Source of the DNA: Candidatus Saccharimonadales bacterium
Lineage (GTDB): Bacteria; Patescibacteriota; Saccharimonadia; Saccharimonadales; SZUA-47
Direction of reading: 5' to 3'
NCBI GenBank assembly: GCA_038211855.1
Contig: JBBQVE010000008.1
Span: forward strand, 957 to 64,956
Length of the DNA stretch: 64,000 nucleotides
Part shown: positions 53,477 to 64,000 of the stretch, piece by piece
Numbering within the stretch: position 1 is the first letter of the stretch
Layout of the letters: every line of letters starts with the position of its first letter
Program-made: the position numbers and the translations under genes
The notes under the pieces: generated by a model
What the model was told of the DNA's origin: nothing
What the model saw: the letters and a program-made list of their open reading frames with translations, nothing else
The model's database searches: none

Positions 53477-56400
53477 ATGCCCACGTTACTCATCATACTT
53501 ATGGTTATCGTCCTCGTACTTTGTATCGGGGGGTTCATTGCGTTCCTCCACGTGCGCAAACTGTGGCGCGAGCAGAAGAACTTTGAGCGCGGCCTCAAGA
53601 TGGTGCCGCTGCTTATTCACTTGCCACCGCAGAGTGATGACACCGAAATCGGCCAGCGCGACGCTCGTGACGTTATGGACGAAACAATCAGTAAAGCGCA
53701 GGTGCTGTATAACATTATCGCTAGCACCGTGCAGAAGGGCTTTAAGACTAAGTTTTATGGCCAACGACACTTCGCTTTTGAAATCGTCGGTGCCAAAGGC
53801 TTCGTCCACTTTTATGCCGCTGTACCAGTCGCTTTAGTTGATGTTGTGACGCAGGCTGTGGTGAGTGCATACCCAACCGCACGACTTGAAGAAGTCGCTG
53901 AGCATAACATTTTTAGTCCGGTCGGAAAGATAACGGCGACGATTGGCGGCGAGCTGGTTCTGAAAGAGAACTTTGCGTACCCAATTGCCACCTACCAAGT
54001 GATCAAGCGTGACACCATGCAATCGATTCTGAACGCCCTCTCAACACTCGAAAAAGAGGACGGCGCTGGCATCCAGATTCTGATGCGTCCGGCCGATGCC
54101 TCGTGGCGCAAACACGCGCTTTCGGTTGCCATGAAGAAGCGCAAAGGCAAAGATAAAAAGAAGGGCGCCTCGGCCTTTGGCGGCTACTTGCGCCAGATTA
54201 TCTATGCTATCTCCAAACCTCCAGAAGACAAAGGGAAGGGTGACGAGCATTCGCTTTCTGGCGTCGATCAATCAATGGTTGATTCGATCGAGGAGAAGAC
54301 CAAGTATCCAGGGTATGAGGTGCTGATCCGCGTCGTGGCGTCTTCTAATATCAGTCAGCGTGCCCAGGCAGTTTTGAGTAACATCGTCGCTACTTTTGCT
54401 TTGTTTGACGCCCCTGGCAGTAACGGCTTCAAGTACACCAGCGCCAAAGATATTGATTCTTTTGTGACAGCTTACATCATGCGTTTCTTCCCGCCAGAGC
54501 AGACTAAAACGATTTTGAACGCCGTCGAACTTGCGACGCTGTTCCACTTTCCGGATCAGAGTGGTGTGCCAACCAGCCAGCTCGAACGCCAAGCTTCCAA
54601 GCAAGTCGATGGACCGCGCAACGTCCCTGACGAAGGCTTACTGCTCGGCTACAACGTTTTCCGTGGCGCCAAGAAGGCCATCCGTTTGGCACAGAATGAT
54701 CGTGCTCGTCACATGTACGTGGTGGGGCAGACTGGTACTGGTAAATCGACCTTTCTTGAGAACTTAGCGCTGCAGGATATGCTGGCTGGCGAAGGCTTTG
54801 CCTTTATTGATCCGCACGGCGACACGGCTGAAAAACTACTCAGTATGGTGCCAAAGGAACGCACCGAGGACGTAATCTATTTCTGCCCGGCAGATATGGA
54901 CTATCCGATCGGCCTTAATCTGTTTGAGTTCCACTCCCCTGAACAAAAAGACTTCCTGATTCAGGAAGCCATCAACATGCTGTATAAACTTTATGACCCG
55001 CAGCACCAAGGTATTATTGGGCCACGCTACGAGCACTGGTTCCGTAATGCCGCGCTCACCATCATGGCTGATCCAGAAGGCGCCACATTTATCGATATTC
55101 CAAAGGTCTTTACCGACGCCAAATATGCAAAACAGAAGCTGGAATTCGTCACCGACCAGACCGTGCAGGATTTTTGGAACAAAGAAATGGCCTCCACCAG
55201 CGATTATCACAAAAGTGAAGTGTTAGGGTGGTTCGTCAGTAAGTTTGGTGCCTTCTTGAGTAACGAAATGATGCGCAATATCATTGGCCAGACCAAAAGC
55301 TCATTTGACCTGCGTGAAATCATGGATCAGAAGAAAATCCTGCTGGTGAACCTTTCTAAGGGCCGTACCGGCGAACTAAACAGCAAGCTGCTTGGTATGA
55401 TCTTCGTCATGAAATTCCAGGCGGCTGCCATGAGTCGCGCCAGTATTCCGGAAAGCGAACGTGTCGACTTCTGTCTGTACGTTGATGAGTTTCAGAACTT
55501 TAGTACTGACAGCTTCGCGACCATCATGTCCGAAGCCAGAAAGTATCACCTCAACTTGATTGTGGCCAACCAGTTTACGACCCAGTTGAGCGAAGAAATC
55601 CGCGATGCAGTCTTTGGAAACATGGGTACGATTGTGGCCTTCCGTATCGGTCAGAACGATGTTGATTCTTTGACCAAATACTTCCAGCCACTGTTTGATG
55701 GTGACGACCTGCTTCGTGTGCCTAACTATAATGCTGTTGTCCGTACGTTGATTGGCGGCGTCCCAACTCAGCCGTTCAGCATGACTGGCTTGCCGCCACT
55801 TGGGACGCCGAACAAGGGCTTGGGCGATGCGCTCAAACAGCTTTCTGCCGCTAAGTATGGCCGTCCAAAGTCAGTTGTCGAAAGTGAGATTTTTGAACGT
55901 TTGGCAACCAAGGATGATAATCCTGCTGCCGGCCCCACGCAACCGCCACGTGCCGGCAGTATGCCGTCAGCTGCTGCGCCACCAGCGCCAAAGCAACCTG
56001 CCAACTTCTTGGATGATTGGTTGAATAAAAAGCAGACGAACAGCTTCAAGGCGCCAAGCTCACCGTTCAAGCAGCCAGCCACGCCCGCCGGAGCACCAGC
56101 CCCGATCGTAGCAGCCCCTGTCGCGGCCCCACGGCCTCTTCAGCCAGCTCCACAAGCACAAGCGGTTCAGATGCCTGCTGCCGATGATTTGCCCGTCTTA
56201 GAGCCTTATGTGCCGCCAGCCGCCGCCGTTGCCGCCGCCACGCCACCAATGCCACAGGCAGTCAGTTCTTCGACGCAGCCGACACAAGGCACTACGACCT
56301 CTATTCCGGCACCAGACCTTACTGTCGATGACATTGTCGATCACCCGTATCAAGAGCCTTTGGCGCCGAAGCTTACTTCACCCGATGAAGGCGTGCTCCT

Positions 56401-56482
56401 GCTTCGCCAATCAGGCGACAATAAACCCAATGAACACACCGAGATCAAAATCGACCAAGACGGCAAGTTCAATAACGAGTAG
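53477..56482 (+). CDS. Membrane-anchored FtsK/HerA/VirD4-superfamily P-loop ATPase (T4SS coupling-protein-like)
   Basis: 1001 aa. N-terminal TM. Walker A VVGQTGTGKSTFLEN and Walker B FCLYVDEFQNF. TraD/VirD4-like GTIVAFRIG. C-terminal ~220 aa is P/A/Q-rich low complexity. Confidence 0.7.
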   Translation: MPTLLIILMVIVLVLCIGGFIAFLHVRKLWREQKNFERGLKMVPLLIHLPPQSDDTEIGQRDARDVMDETISKAQVLYNIIASTVQKGFKTKFYGQRHFAFEIVGAKGFVHFYAAVPVALVDVVTQAVVSAYPTARLEEVAEHNIFSPVGKITATIGGELVLKENFAYPIATYQVIKRDTMQSILNALSTLEKEDGAGIQILMRPADASWRKHALSVAMKKRKGKDKKKGASAFGGYLRQIIYAISKPPEDKGKGDEHSLSGVDQSMVDSIEEKTKYPGYEVLIRVVASSNISQRAQAVLSNIVATFALFDAPGSNGFKYTSAKDIDSFVTAYIMRFFPPEQTKTILNAVELATLFHFPDQSGVPTSQLERQASKQVDGPRNVPDEGLLLGYNVFRGAKKAIRLAQNDRARHMYVVGQTGTGKSTFLENLALQDMLAGEGFAFIDPHGDTAEKLLSMVPKERTEDVIYFCPADMDYPIGLNLFEFHSPEQKDFLIQEAINMLYKLYDPQHQGIIGPRYEHWFRNAALTIMADPEGATFIDIPKVFTDAKYAKQKLEFVTDQTVQDFWNKEMASTSDYHKSEVLGWFVSKFGAFLSNEMMRNIIGQTKSSFDLREIMDQKKILLVNLSKGRTGELNSKLLGMIFVMKFQAAAMSRASIPESERVDFCLYVDEFQNFSTDSFATIMSEARKYHLNLIVANQFTTQLSEEIRDAVFGNMGTIVAFRIGQNDVDSLTKYFQPLFDGDDLLRVPNYNAVVRTLIGGVPTQPFSMTGLPPLGTPNKGLGDALKQLSAAKYGRPKSVVESEIFERLATKDDNPAAGPTQPPRAGSMPSAAAPPAPKQPANFLDDWLNKKQTNSFKAPSSPFKQPATPAGAPAPIVAAPVAAPRPLQPAPQAQAVQMPAADDLPVLEPYVPPAAAVAAATPPMPQAVSSSTQPTQGTTTSIPAPDLTVDDIVDHPYQEPLAPKLTSPDEGVLLLRQSGDNKPNEHTEIKIDQDGKFNNE

Positions 56483-56599
56483 ATACTATTTTTTGTGCGT
56501 GGGACGGAAACTTAGGATAAGCAGCAAAAATATCACTGATCGTTCGAAGGTGTTTATTGTACGTTGGTAAGCCGTTTTTCGGGCGCAGCCGCGCTCATC

Positions 56600-57175
56600 T
56601 TATGCAGAATGTTTATTGCGTATGAGGGCACGAACAACGAGTTCGACAGCCATGCCACCGACGAAACCACCGACGAATAACAAAATGAATACCAGATAGT
56701 TATAGCGGAAGCCGCTGTGCTTACTGACGTATAGCAAAATTGAACTACCAAGCAGTGCTGCAATGCCACCACCGAGAACACCCGATGGGCGAGCGACGGT
56801 TGGCGCAGCAGCTTCGCTCATCTTCTCAACAACTGGTTGGTGGATGACTTTACTCAATGTTTTAGCAGGTGCGCTCATCTGACGTCGAGCGTTGTTGAGT
56901 GAGCGTCTGAAGCCCATCTGCTTGAGTTCGCTACTGATGTAGGTTGCGGCAGGGGTGTTCTCGCCGGCGGCTTCGCCCTTGCTGTAGTCCTCTTTGCTGA
57001 TGGCTTTGGTGTCGACATCGGCTTTGATTGATTCCAGCACTTCCTCATCGTGGGTCTCGGTATCAGCCTCAGCGCGCCGCTTGAGAGCGTTCAGATGCTC
57101 GCGGGCGGCTTCAGTAGTGCCCTCAACGGGTGCTAGTTTTTCGTGCTTTGGTGCGTGTCCATGTACTTCGCTCAT
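56600..57175 (-). CDS. Hypothetical membrane protein (acidic N-terminal half, two C-terminal TMs)
   Basis: 191 aa. ATGA overlap with the upstream LPXTG gene. Confidence 0.5.
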   Translation of the reverse strand: MSEVHGHAPKHEKLAPVEGTTEAAREHLNALKRRAEADTETHDEEVLESIKADVDTKAISKEDYSKGEAAGENTPAATYISSELKQMGFRRSLNNARRQMSAPAKTLSKVIHQPVVEKMSEAAAPTVARPSGVLGGGIAALLGSSILLYVSKHSGFRYNYLVFILLFVGGFVGGMAVELVVRALIRNKHSA

Positions 57176-59217
57176 GCGATGCCTCCTGTTGGTGCGTATT
57201 CGACTTTAATTAGTTCAAGTTCGCGGGCCAGCAGGCGACTGCGGGCAAAGAAGTAGCCGACAATCATGGTGACGGCAAAGCCGAAGACCACACTGGTGCC
57301 AGGACCGGTGTTCGGCAGGGCAGTCGTGACGGTTTCGATACATTTAGAGCCGCCACAAGGCAAGTTAACGGTGACAGTTGTCCCATAGACGTTTACCATC
57401 TTTAAATCGTACGTACCGGCGTCAGAAGATGACACAGGCGTACCGGGGATGACATCTTTGACCTTGACTGTGATGTGATTTTCAATTGTCTCGCCAGCTT
57501 TGATAGTAGCCGCTGGCCACGAAACGACCTTTGTCTGCTCGTTGATCTTACCCCCATGAAGGTCAACTACATCGGAATAATCAAGAATATCAATGATAGA
57601 TTCATCAACGACAAAGTCTTTCTGGGTCAATTTGTTCGAAACATTTGTCGTGATAAGGGTGTATTCGAGCGTATCACCGGCTTTAGCGGTCTTGCCGTCA
57701 AAGTTCGTATCTTTTTGGGTTGGATTCGCGACTTTCTTTTGCTTCACGATTTTGGCAACGCACGACTTATCATCTGATTGCACGAGTGGGTTCTCGAGAC
57801 ACGGCTTACATTTTGGGTTATCCAGAAAGATCGTTTTATCAGAGGTACAAGGCACGGGCTCAGGAGTAATCTTGATAGCTTTCTGACAGGCAGTGGCAGT
57901 CTTCTGACCAAGAGAAGTCTCGGCGTAAAGGATGGTCGTATAGCTGCCGTCTTTTGCGTAGGTGTGCGTGATGTCATCGGTCGTCTTGAAGTTAGTGAGC
58001 TTACCATTGTTATCGCCAAAGTCCATATTGTAACTATTTATTGTGGCGCCATATTGGCCGGTGGCTCTGGCCGTGAAATGCACCACAGTTTTAACCTGAT
58101 AGGTGTCACTGGAAGTTTGTAAAAGGTCGCAAGAGGCGATTGGTTCTTTGCAATCACCACTCGTTGCGGGCAGATTGGTTTTGCCGGCAACCGTACATAG
58201 TGGCGTTGGAGCGGGTGTTGGGGTTGGAGCTGGCGTAGGTGCTGGGGTTGGCGTTGGGGTGACAACAGGTTTTGGACAGTTAAAGTTAACTGAGCGGCCA
58301 CTGCCGCCTGTGAGCAGGGCATAGTTGCTGCCACGGTCGGTCACATAGACCCATACCTGATGGGCGTGGCCATCATCTCGGAGTGGCCCGCCGTTCCAAA
58401 CATACCCCACCTCCGCAGGAATTCCGAGAGAAGCTTGGACGTCTGGTCGTGTCTGATTGGCCTGCACTTCGAAATAATCTTTATTAGCGACCGCACCGGA
58501 GAAGGCCGGCTTATCAACATAAATATGCACAAAGCGTTGGTTGCCATTGTTGTAGGCCCAACCGTAGATGATGTTACAGTCAGATCCATCAACAAAGCCC
58601 GATGGTTGAGGGGCTGGCGTCGGTGTTGGTTCGTTAAGATCAATGACCGGGTTCCCACAAGCCAGAATGATCATTTTGATCTTGCCGCATGTTTCGCGTG
58701 GACAAAACAGTACCGGTACAAGGTTGAGCCCTGGGAAAGTTGAGGTAAAGTCGTGCTGGAAGATAGGTGCGTTATATTCGCTGCTGGTAATCATGACGCT
58801 GGTTTCTCCAGCGCTGTTATTAGCACCACGTCCAGCCGTTAACAGATGGCGTTTACCGTCGCGGGCATCCTGGGCTTTATCGACATTCGTCATCTGCATC
58901 TTGGTAGCAATATCGTCACGGCTGATGCCAAAGTGCGTGTAGACAGACTGTACAAAGGGGCTTTCATCGTATTTTGCTAAGACGCCTTCACGGCTCGCTG
59001 CAAAACTGCCTTGAATAATGTTGCGATCCGAAGAAGCGAGGGTTGGCTGAGGTGGCGCAATCACAGCGATCATCTGGATCACCATCGCAAAAGCAACAAA
59101 GGCAAAGCCCAAGCGACGTAGGGTTGACTCCTGTTTGGCGCGTTTGGCATAAAAAGACACCTGACCGATCAAACTAGGGTTGAAGGGCAGGTTGGATATG
59201 AGTTTTCTGAAGTTCAT
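57172..59217 (-). CDS. LPXTG-anchored surface protein with PKD-like and DUF11/CARDB-like domains
   Basis: 681 aa. N-terminal TM/signal. PT-rich linker. PKD-like YNMDFGDNNG...THTYAKDGSYT. C-terminal LPNTGPG followed by a hydrophobic helix and RSR. Confidence 0.75.
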   Translation of the reverse strand: MNFRKLISNLPFNPSLIGQVSFYAKRAKQESTLRRLGFAFVAFAMVIQMIAVIAPPQPTLASSDRNIIQGSFAASREGVLAKYDESPFVQSVYTHFGISRDDIATKMQMTNVDKAQDARDGKRHLLTAGRGANNSAGETSVMITSSEYNAPIFQHDFTSTFPGLNLVPVLFCPRETCGKIKMIILACGNPVIDLNEPTPTPAPQPSGFVDGSDCNIIYGWAYNNGNQRFVHIYVDKPAFSGAVANKDYFEVQANQTRPDVQASLGIPAEVGYVWNGGPLRDDGHAHQVWVYVTDRGSNYALLTGGSGRSVNFNCPKPVVTPTPTPAPTPAPTPTPAPTPLCTVAGKTNLPATSGDCKEPIASCDLLQTSSDTYQVKTVVHFTARATGQYGATINSYNMDFGDNNGKLTNFKTTDDITHTYAKDGSYTTILYAETSLGQKTATACQKAIKITPEPVPCTSDKTIFLDNPKCKPCLENPLVQSDDKSCVAKIVKQKKVANPTQKDTNFDGKTAKAGDTLEYTLITTNVSNKLTQKDFVVDESIIDILDYSDVVDLHGGKINEQTKVVSWPAATIKAGETIENHITVKVKDVIPGTPVSSSDAGTYDLKMVNVYGTTVTVNLPCGGSKCIETVTTALPNTGPGTSVVFGFAVTMIVGYFFARSRLLARELELIKVEYAPTGGIA
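58200..58265 (-). repeat. Low-complexity Pro/Thr/Ala linker-coding tract inside the LPXTG gene
   Basis: Iterated ggNgtt/ggNgct units on the plus strand, encoding PTPTPAPTPAPTPTPAPTP. Confidence 0.6.
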
Positions 59218-59296
59218 TTTCCCCCTCGATACGTTTAGACTACTTAACTGTACTTATGGTTATTTAACCACGCTTTTGCTTATTCTCGCAACAGCG

Positions 59297-61375
<2,079 letters not shown>

Positions 61376-61376
61376 T

Positions 61377-64000
61377 ATGGACGAAGATACAACAGTGAAT
61401 GACGAACAGAATGAGGAACAGGCGTTTGATGAATCAACCAACCCAGGCATGATACCAACGCCTGATCAAGTAGAGTCCCAGGCGCCGGCTCCTAAAACTG
61501 AAGCCATGGACGATAAAGTCCGCCAGCGCATCGACATTAACCCTGACGCCAACGCCGCAGAACAGACGCACAGCAAAACGGTCGAGTACCGCACCGTTGA
61601 AGACGTCATGGAAGATAGCTATTTGCGTTATAGCATGAGCGTTATTGTCTCTCGTGCCCTGCCTGACGTCAGGGATGGTATGAAACCAGTGCATCGCCGC
61701 ATCATGTACACCATGAACCGCGACGGCCTGCGTTCCAGCAGCAAACACCGTAAGAGCGCCAATGTGATTGGTGCCGTGATGGGTGACTACCACCCGCATG
61801 GCGACGCCTCAATTTATGATGCTATGGTGCGTATGGCCCAGCCGTGGAGCATGCGCTATATGCTCGTCAATGGGCAGGGTAACTTTGGTAGTATGGACGG
61901 CGATCCACCAGCTGCCATGCGTTATACCGAGGCCAAAATGGCGCGGATTGCCGACGAACTTTTAGTCGATATCGATAAAGAAACTGTTGATTTCCGTGAG
62001 AACTACGACGGCCGCCTGACCGAGCCATCAGTTTTGCCAGCTAAATTGCCGAACCTACTCCTGAACGGTCAGCTCGGTATTGCCGTTGGTATGGCTACCA
62101 ACATTCCGCCGCATAACCTCAGTGAACTGATCGATGCCACCGTCGAACTTATCGATAACCCTGAAGCCACTTTGGACGACCTGCTCAAGCACGTCAAAGG
62201 GCCAGACTTCCCAACTGGAGGCATTGTTTATGGGCAAGAATCACTCCGTAACGCCTATGCTACCGGTCGTGGTGGCATTGTCACGCGCGGCATCGCCGAA
62301 ATCGTTGATGGTGACAAAAATAACCGCCAAGCGATTATTATCACCGAAATTCCTTACGGCTTAAACAAGGCCTCGCTCATCGAGAAAATCGCCGATCTCT
62401 ATAAAGAGAAGAAAATTGCTGGTTTGAGCGACATCCGTGATGAGTCTGCTCGTGGGAACGTGCGTATCGTCATTGACCTCAAAAAAGATGCGTATCCTAA
62501 AAAGTTACTCAATCAACTTTACAAGTTGACGCCATTACAGCAGTCCTTCCACTACAACATGCTGGCGCTTATTGATGGCATCCAACCGCGCGTCTTGGGC
62601 CTGCAAGAGATCTTGCAGGAGCATATCAAGCACCGTCAGGTCGTGGTGCGCCGTCGTACCGAATACGAACTGCGTAAGGCCAAAGAACGCGCCCACATTC
62701 TGGAAGGGCTCAAAATCGCCCTCGACCACATCGACGAAGTGATTGCCACCATCCGCTCTTCAGAAACCACCGATGAGGCCCAGATAAAGTTGATGGAGAA
62801 GTTCAAACTCTCCGAAATTCAGGCCAAAGCTATTTTGGCGATGCAACTGCGCACCTTGGCTGGGTTGGAGCGCAAGAAAATCGAAGACGAACTGGCCGAA
62901 CTGGTCAAACTCATCACAGAACTCGAAGGCATCTTGGCTGACCCCAAGAAGATTCTTGCCATTATCCGTGAAGAAATGCTCGAGCTCAAAACCAAGTATG
63001 GCGACGAACGCAAAACGCGCATTGTTCCGCAGGAACTTGGCAAGTTTAGTGAAGAAGAACTGATACCAGAGGAACAAATCGTTGTGACGATGACATCAGC
63101 TAACTACATCAAGCGCAGTCTGACATCAGAGTATAAAAAGCAGGGCCGTGGCGGCAAGGGTCGCCGTGGAATGACGACTCGCGAAGAGGATGTCATTGAA
63201 CACCTTGTCATGGCTTCGACGCATGATTACATCTTATTCTTTACCGATAAGGGCCGCGTGTTCCGCCTGAAAGCCTACGAAATTCCGGCGTCTTCGCTGA
63301 CCGCAAAAGGTATCGCCGTTGTTAACTTGCTGCAATTGCAGCCCGAAGAAGTCGTTACCTCGATTATTACGATGCCATCTAAAGCAATCGATGGCTTCCT
63401 GTTTATGTGTACCACCCGTGGTGTCGTCAAAAAGACCGCCCTCGAGGCCTACCAGAACGTCCGCCAGACCGGCCTCATCGCTATCAACCTTGATGAAGGA
63501 GACAAGCTGCGCTGGGTCCACCGCACCACTGGCAAAAACGAAATCGTCATCTCGACATTGCTCGGCCAGGCTATTCGCTTTGGCGAAGGTGATGTCCGCG
63601 CCATGGGCCGTGTCAGTCGCGGTGTCCGCGGTATCCGCCTCCGCGCCGGCGACGAAGTCATTGGTATGGACGTCGTCCAAGATGACTCCAGTATCTTTGT
63701 CATTAGTGAATCAGGCTACGGCAAACGCACCAAAATCGCTCAGTTCACGCCGCACGCCCGTGGCGGCGTCGGTATCCGTTCGGCCGTCGTCAACACCAAG
63801 ACCGGCAAGCTGATCGGTGTCGCAACGCTGACAGAAACACTCAACGAAGTCATCATCATCAGTCGTGAGGGCCAGACCATCCGCCTGGGCCTCGATAAGA
63901 TTCCTGAGCTTGGCCGCGCCACACAAGGTGTCCGGATTATGCGTTTGAACGATAAAGATGCAGTTGTCTCGATTGCGCTGGTTGACTCCACGGTCGAGCC
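61377..64000 (+). CDS. gyrA: DNA gyrase subunit A, 3'-partial (runs off the window)
   Basis: Not in the ORF track because there is no stop within the window. ATG 61377 lies 1 nt after the gyrB stop. The translation contains [49 protein letters not shown] and [10 protein letters not shown]. Confidence 0.95.
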   Translation, partial: MDEDTTVNDEQNEEQAFDESTNPGMIPTPDQVESQAPAPKTEAMDDKVRQRIDINPDANAAEQTHSKTVEYRTVEDVMEDSYLRYSMSVIVSRALPDVRDGMKPVHRRIMYTMNRDGLRSSSKHRKSANVIGAVMGDYHPHGDASIYDAMVRMAQPWSMRYMLVNGQGNFGSMDGDPPAAMRYTEAKMARIADELLVDIDKETVDFRENYDGRLTEPSVLPAKLPNLLLNGQLGIAVGMATNIPPHNLSELIDATVELIDNPEATLDDLLKHVKGPDFPTGGIVYGQESLRNAYATGRGGIVTRGIAEIVDGDKNNRQAIIITEIPYGLNKASLIEKIADLYKEKKIAGLSDIRDESARGNVRIVIDLKKDAYPKKLLNQLYKLTPLQQSFHYNMLALIDGIQPRVLGLQEILQEHIKHRQVVVRRRTEYELRKAKERAHILEGLKIALDHIDEVIATIRSSETTDEAQIKLMEKFKLSEIQAKAILAMQLRTLAGLERKKIEDELAELVKLITELEGILADPKKILAIIREEMLELKTKYGDERKTRIVPQELGKFSEEELIPEEQIVVTMTSANYIKRSLTSEYKKQGRGGKGRRGMTTREEDVIEHLVMASTHDYILFFTDKGRVFRLKAYEIPASSLTAKGIAVVNLLQLQPEEVVTSIITMPSKAIDGFLFMCTTRGVVKKTALEAYQNVRQTGLIAINLDEGDKLRWVHRTTGKNEIVISTLLGQAIRFGEGDVRAMGRVSRGVRGIRLRAGDEVIGMDVVQDDSSIFVISESGYGKRTKIAQFTPHARGGVGIRSAVVNTKTGKLIGVATLTETLNEVIIISREGQTIRLGLDKIPELGRATQGVRIMRLNDKDAVVSIALVDSTVE

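Noticed and set aside
58200-58265. Short tandem repeats (ggNgtt/ggNgct) as a possible repeat array
   Set aside because: They are in frame inside the LPXTG protein gene and simply encode a Pro/Thr/Ala linker. There is no spacer-repeat organisation.

Overview
This is a dense bacterial window of about 50% GC. Many genes have 1-4 nt start/stop overlaps and the repertoire is reduced. By inference it resembles a monoderm-type Patescibacteria (CPR) or Saccharibacteria genome; I could not run a homology search, so every product call rests on motifs read from the translations.

Content from left to right:
- A 5'-partial giant G/S/N-rich surface protein, followed by a complete secretin-less type IV pilus locus (pilM, pilN, pilO-like, pilB, pilT, pilC, a major pilin, pilD, three minor pilins and a PilX-like protein).
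- xerC/D, ndk and tRNA-Arg, then a NOX-like ferric reductase and an AAA+ ATPase paired with a DUF1704/MATCAP-like HExxxH protein.
- A tRNA-bounded block of small paralogous (GlcG/DUF336-like) genes, one apparently frameshifted.
- A ParDE-type toxin-antitoxin pair next to a gene relic.
- An MFS transporter, a GT2 synthase and a desaturase-like gene, then nrdR-like, HIT, tgt and tRNA-Val.
- A T-box leader in front of a NUDIX-thrS operon, followed by miaA and rpmB.
- An unexplained structured RNA fused to tRNA-Pro, then rnpB, infC-rpmI-rplT and comM.
- A 1.28-kb ORF desert, then an operon with a VirD4/HerA-like ATPase, an LPXTG adhesin, gyrB and a 3'-partial gyrA.

The items most worth follow-up are the ORF desert and its sub-elements, the T-box, the leader RNA of tRNA-Pro, two well-signalled small ORFs below the 60-aa track cutoff, and the AAA+/DUF1704 pair. 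No CRISPR array, rRNA or clear transposon was seen.
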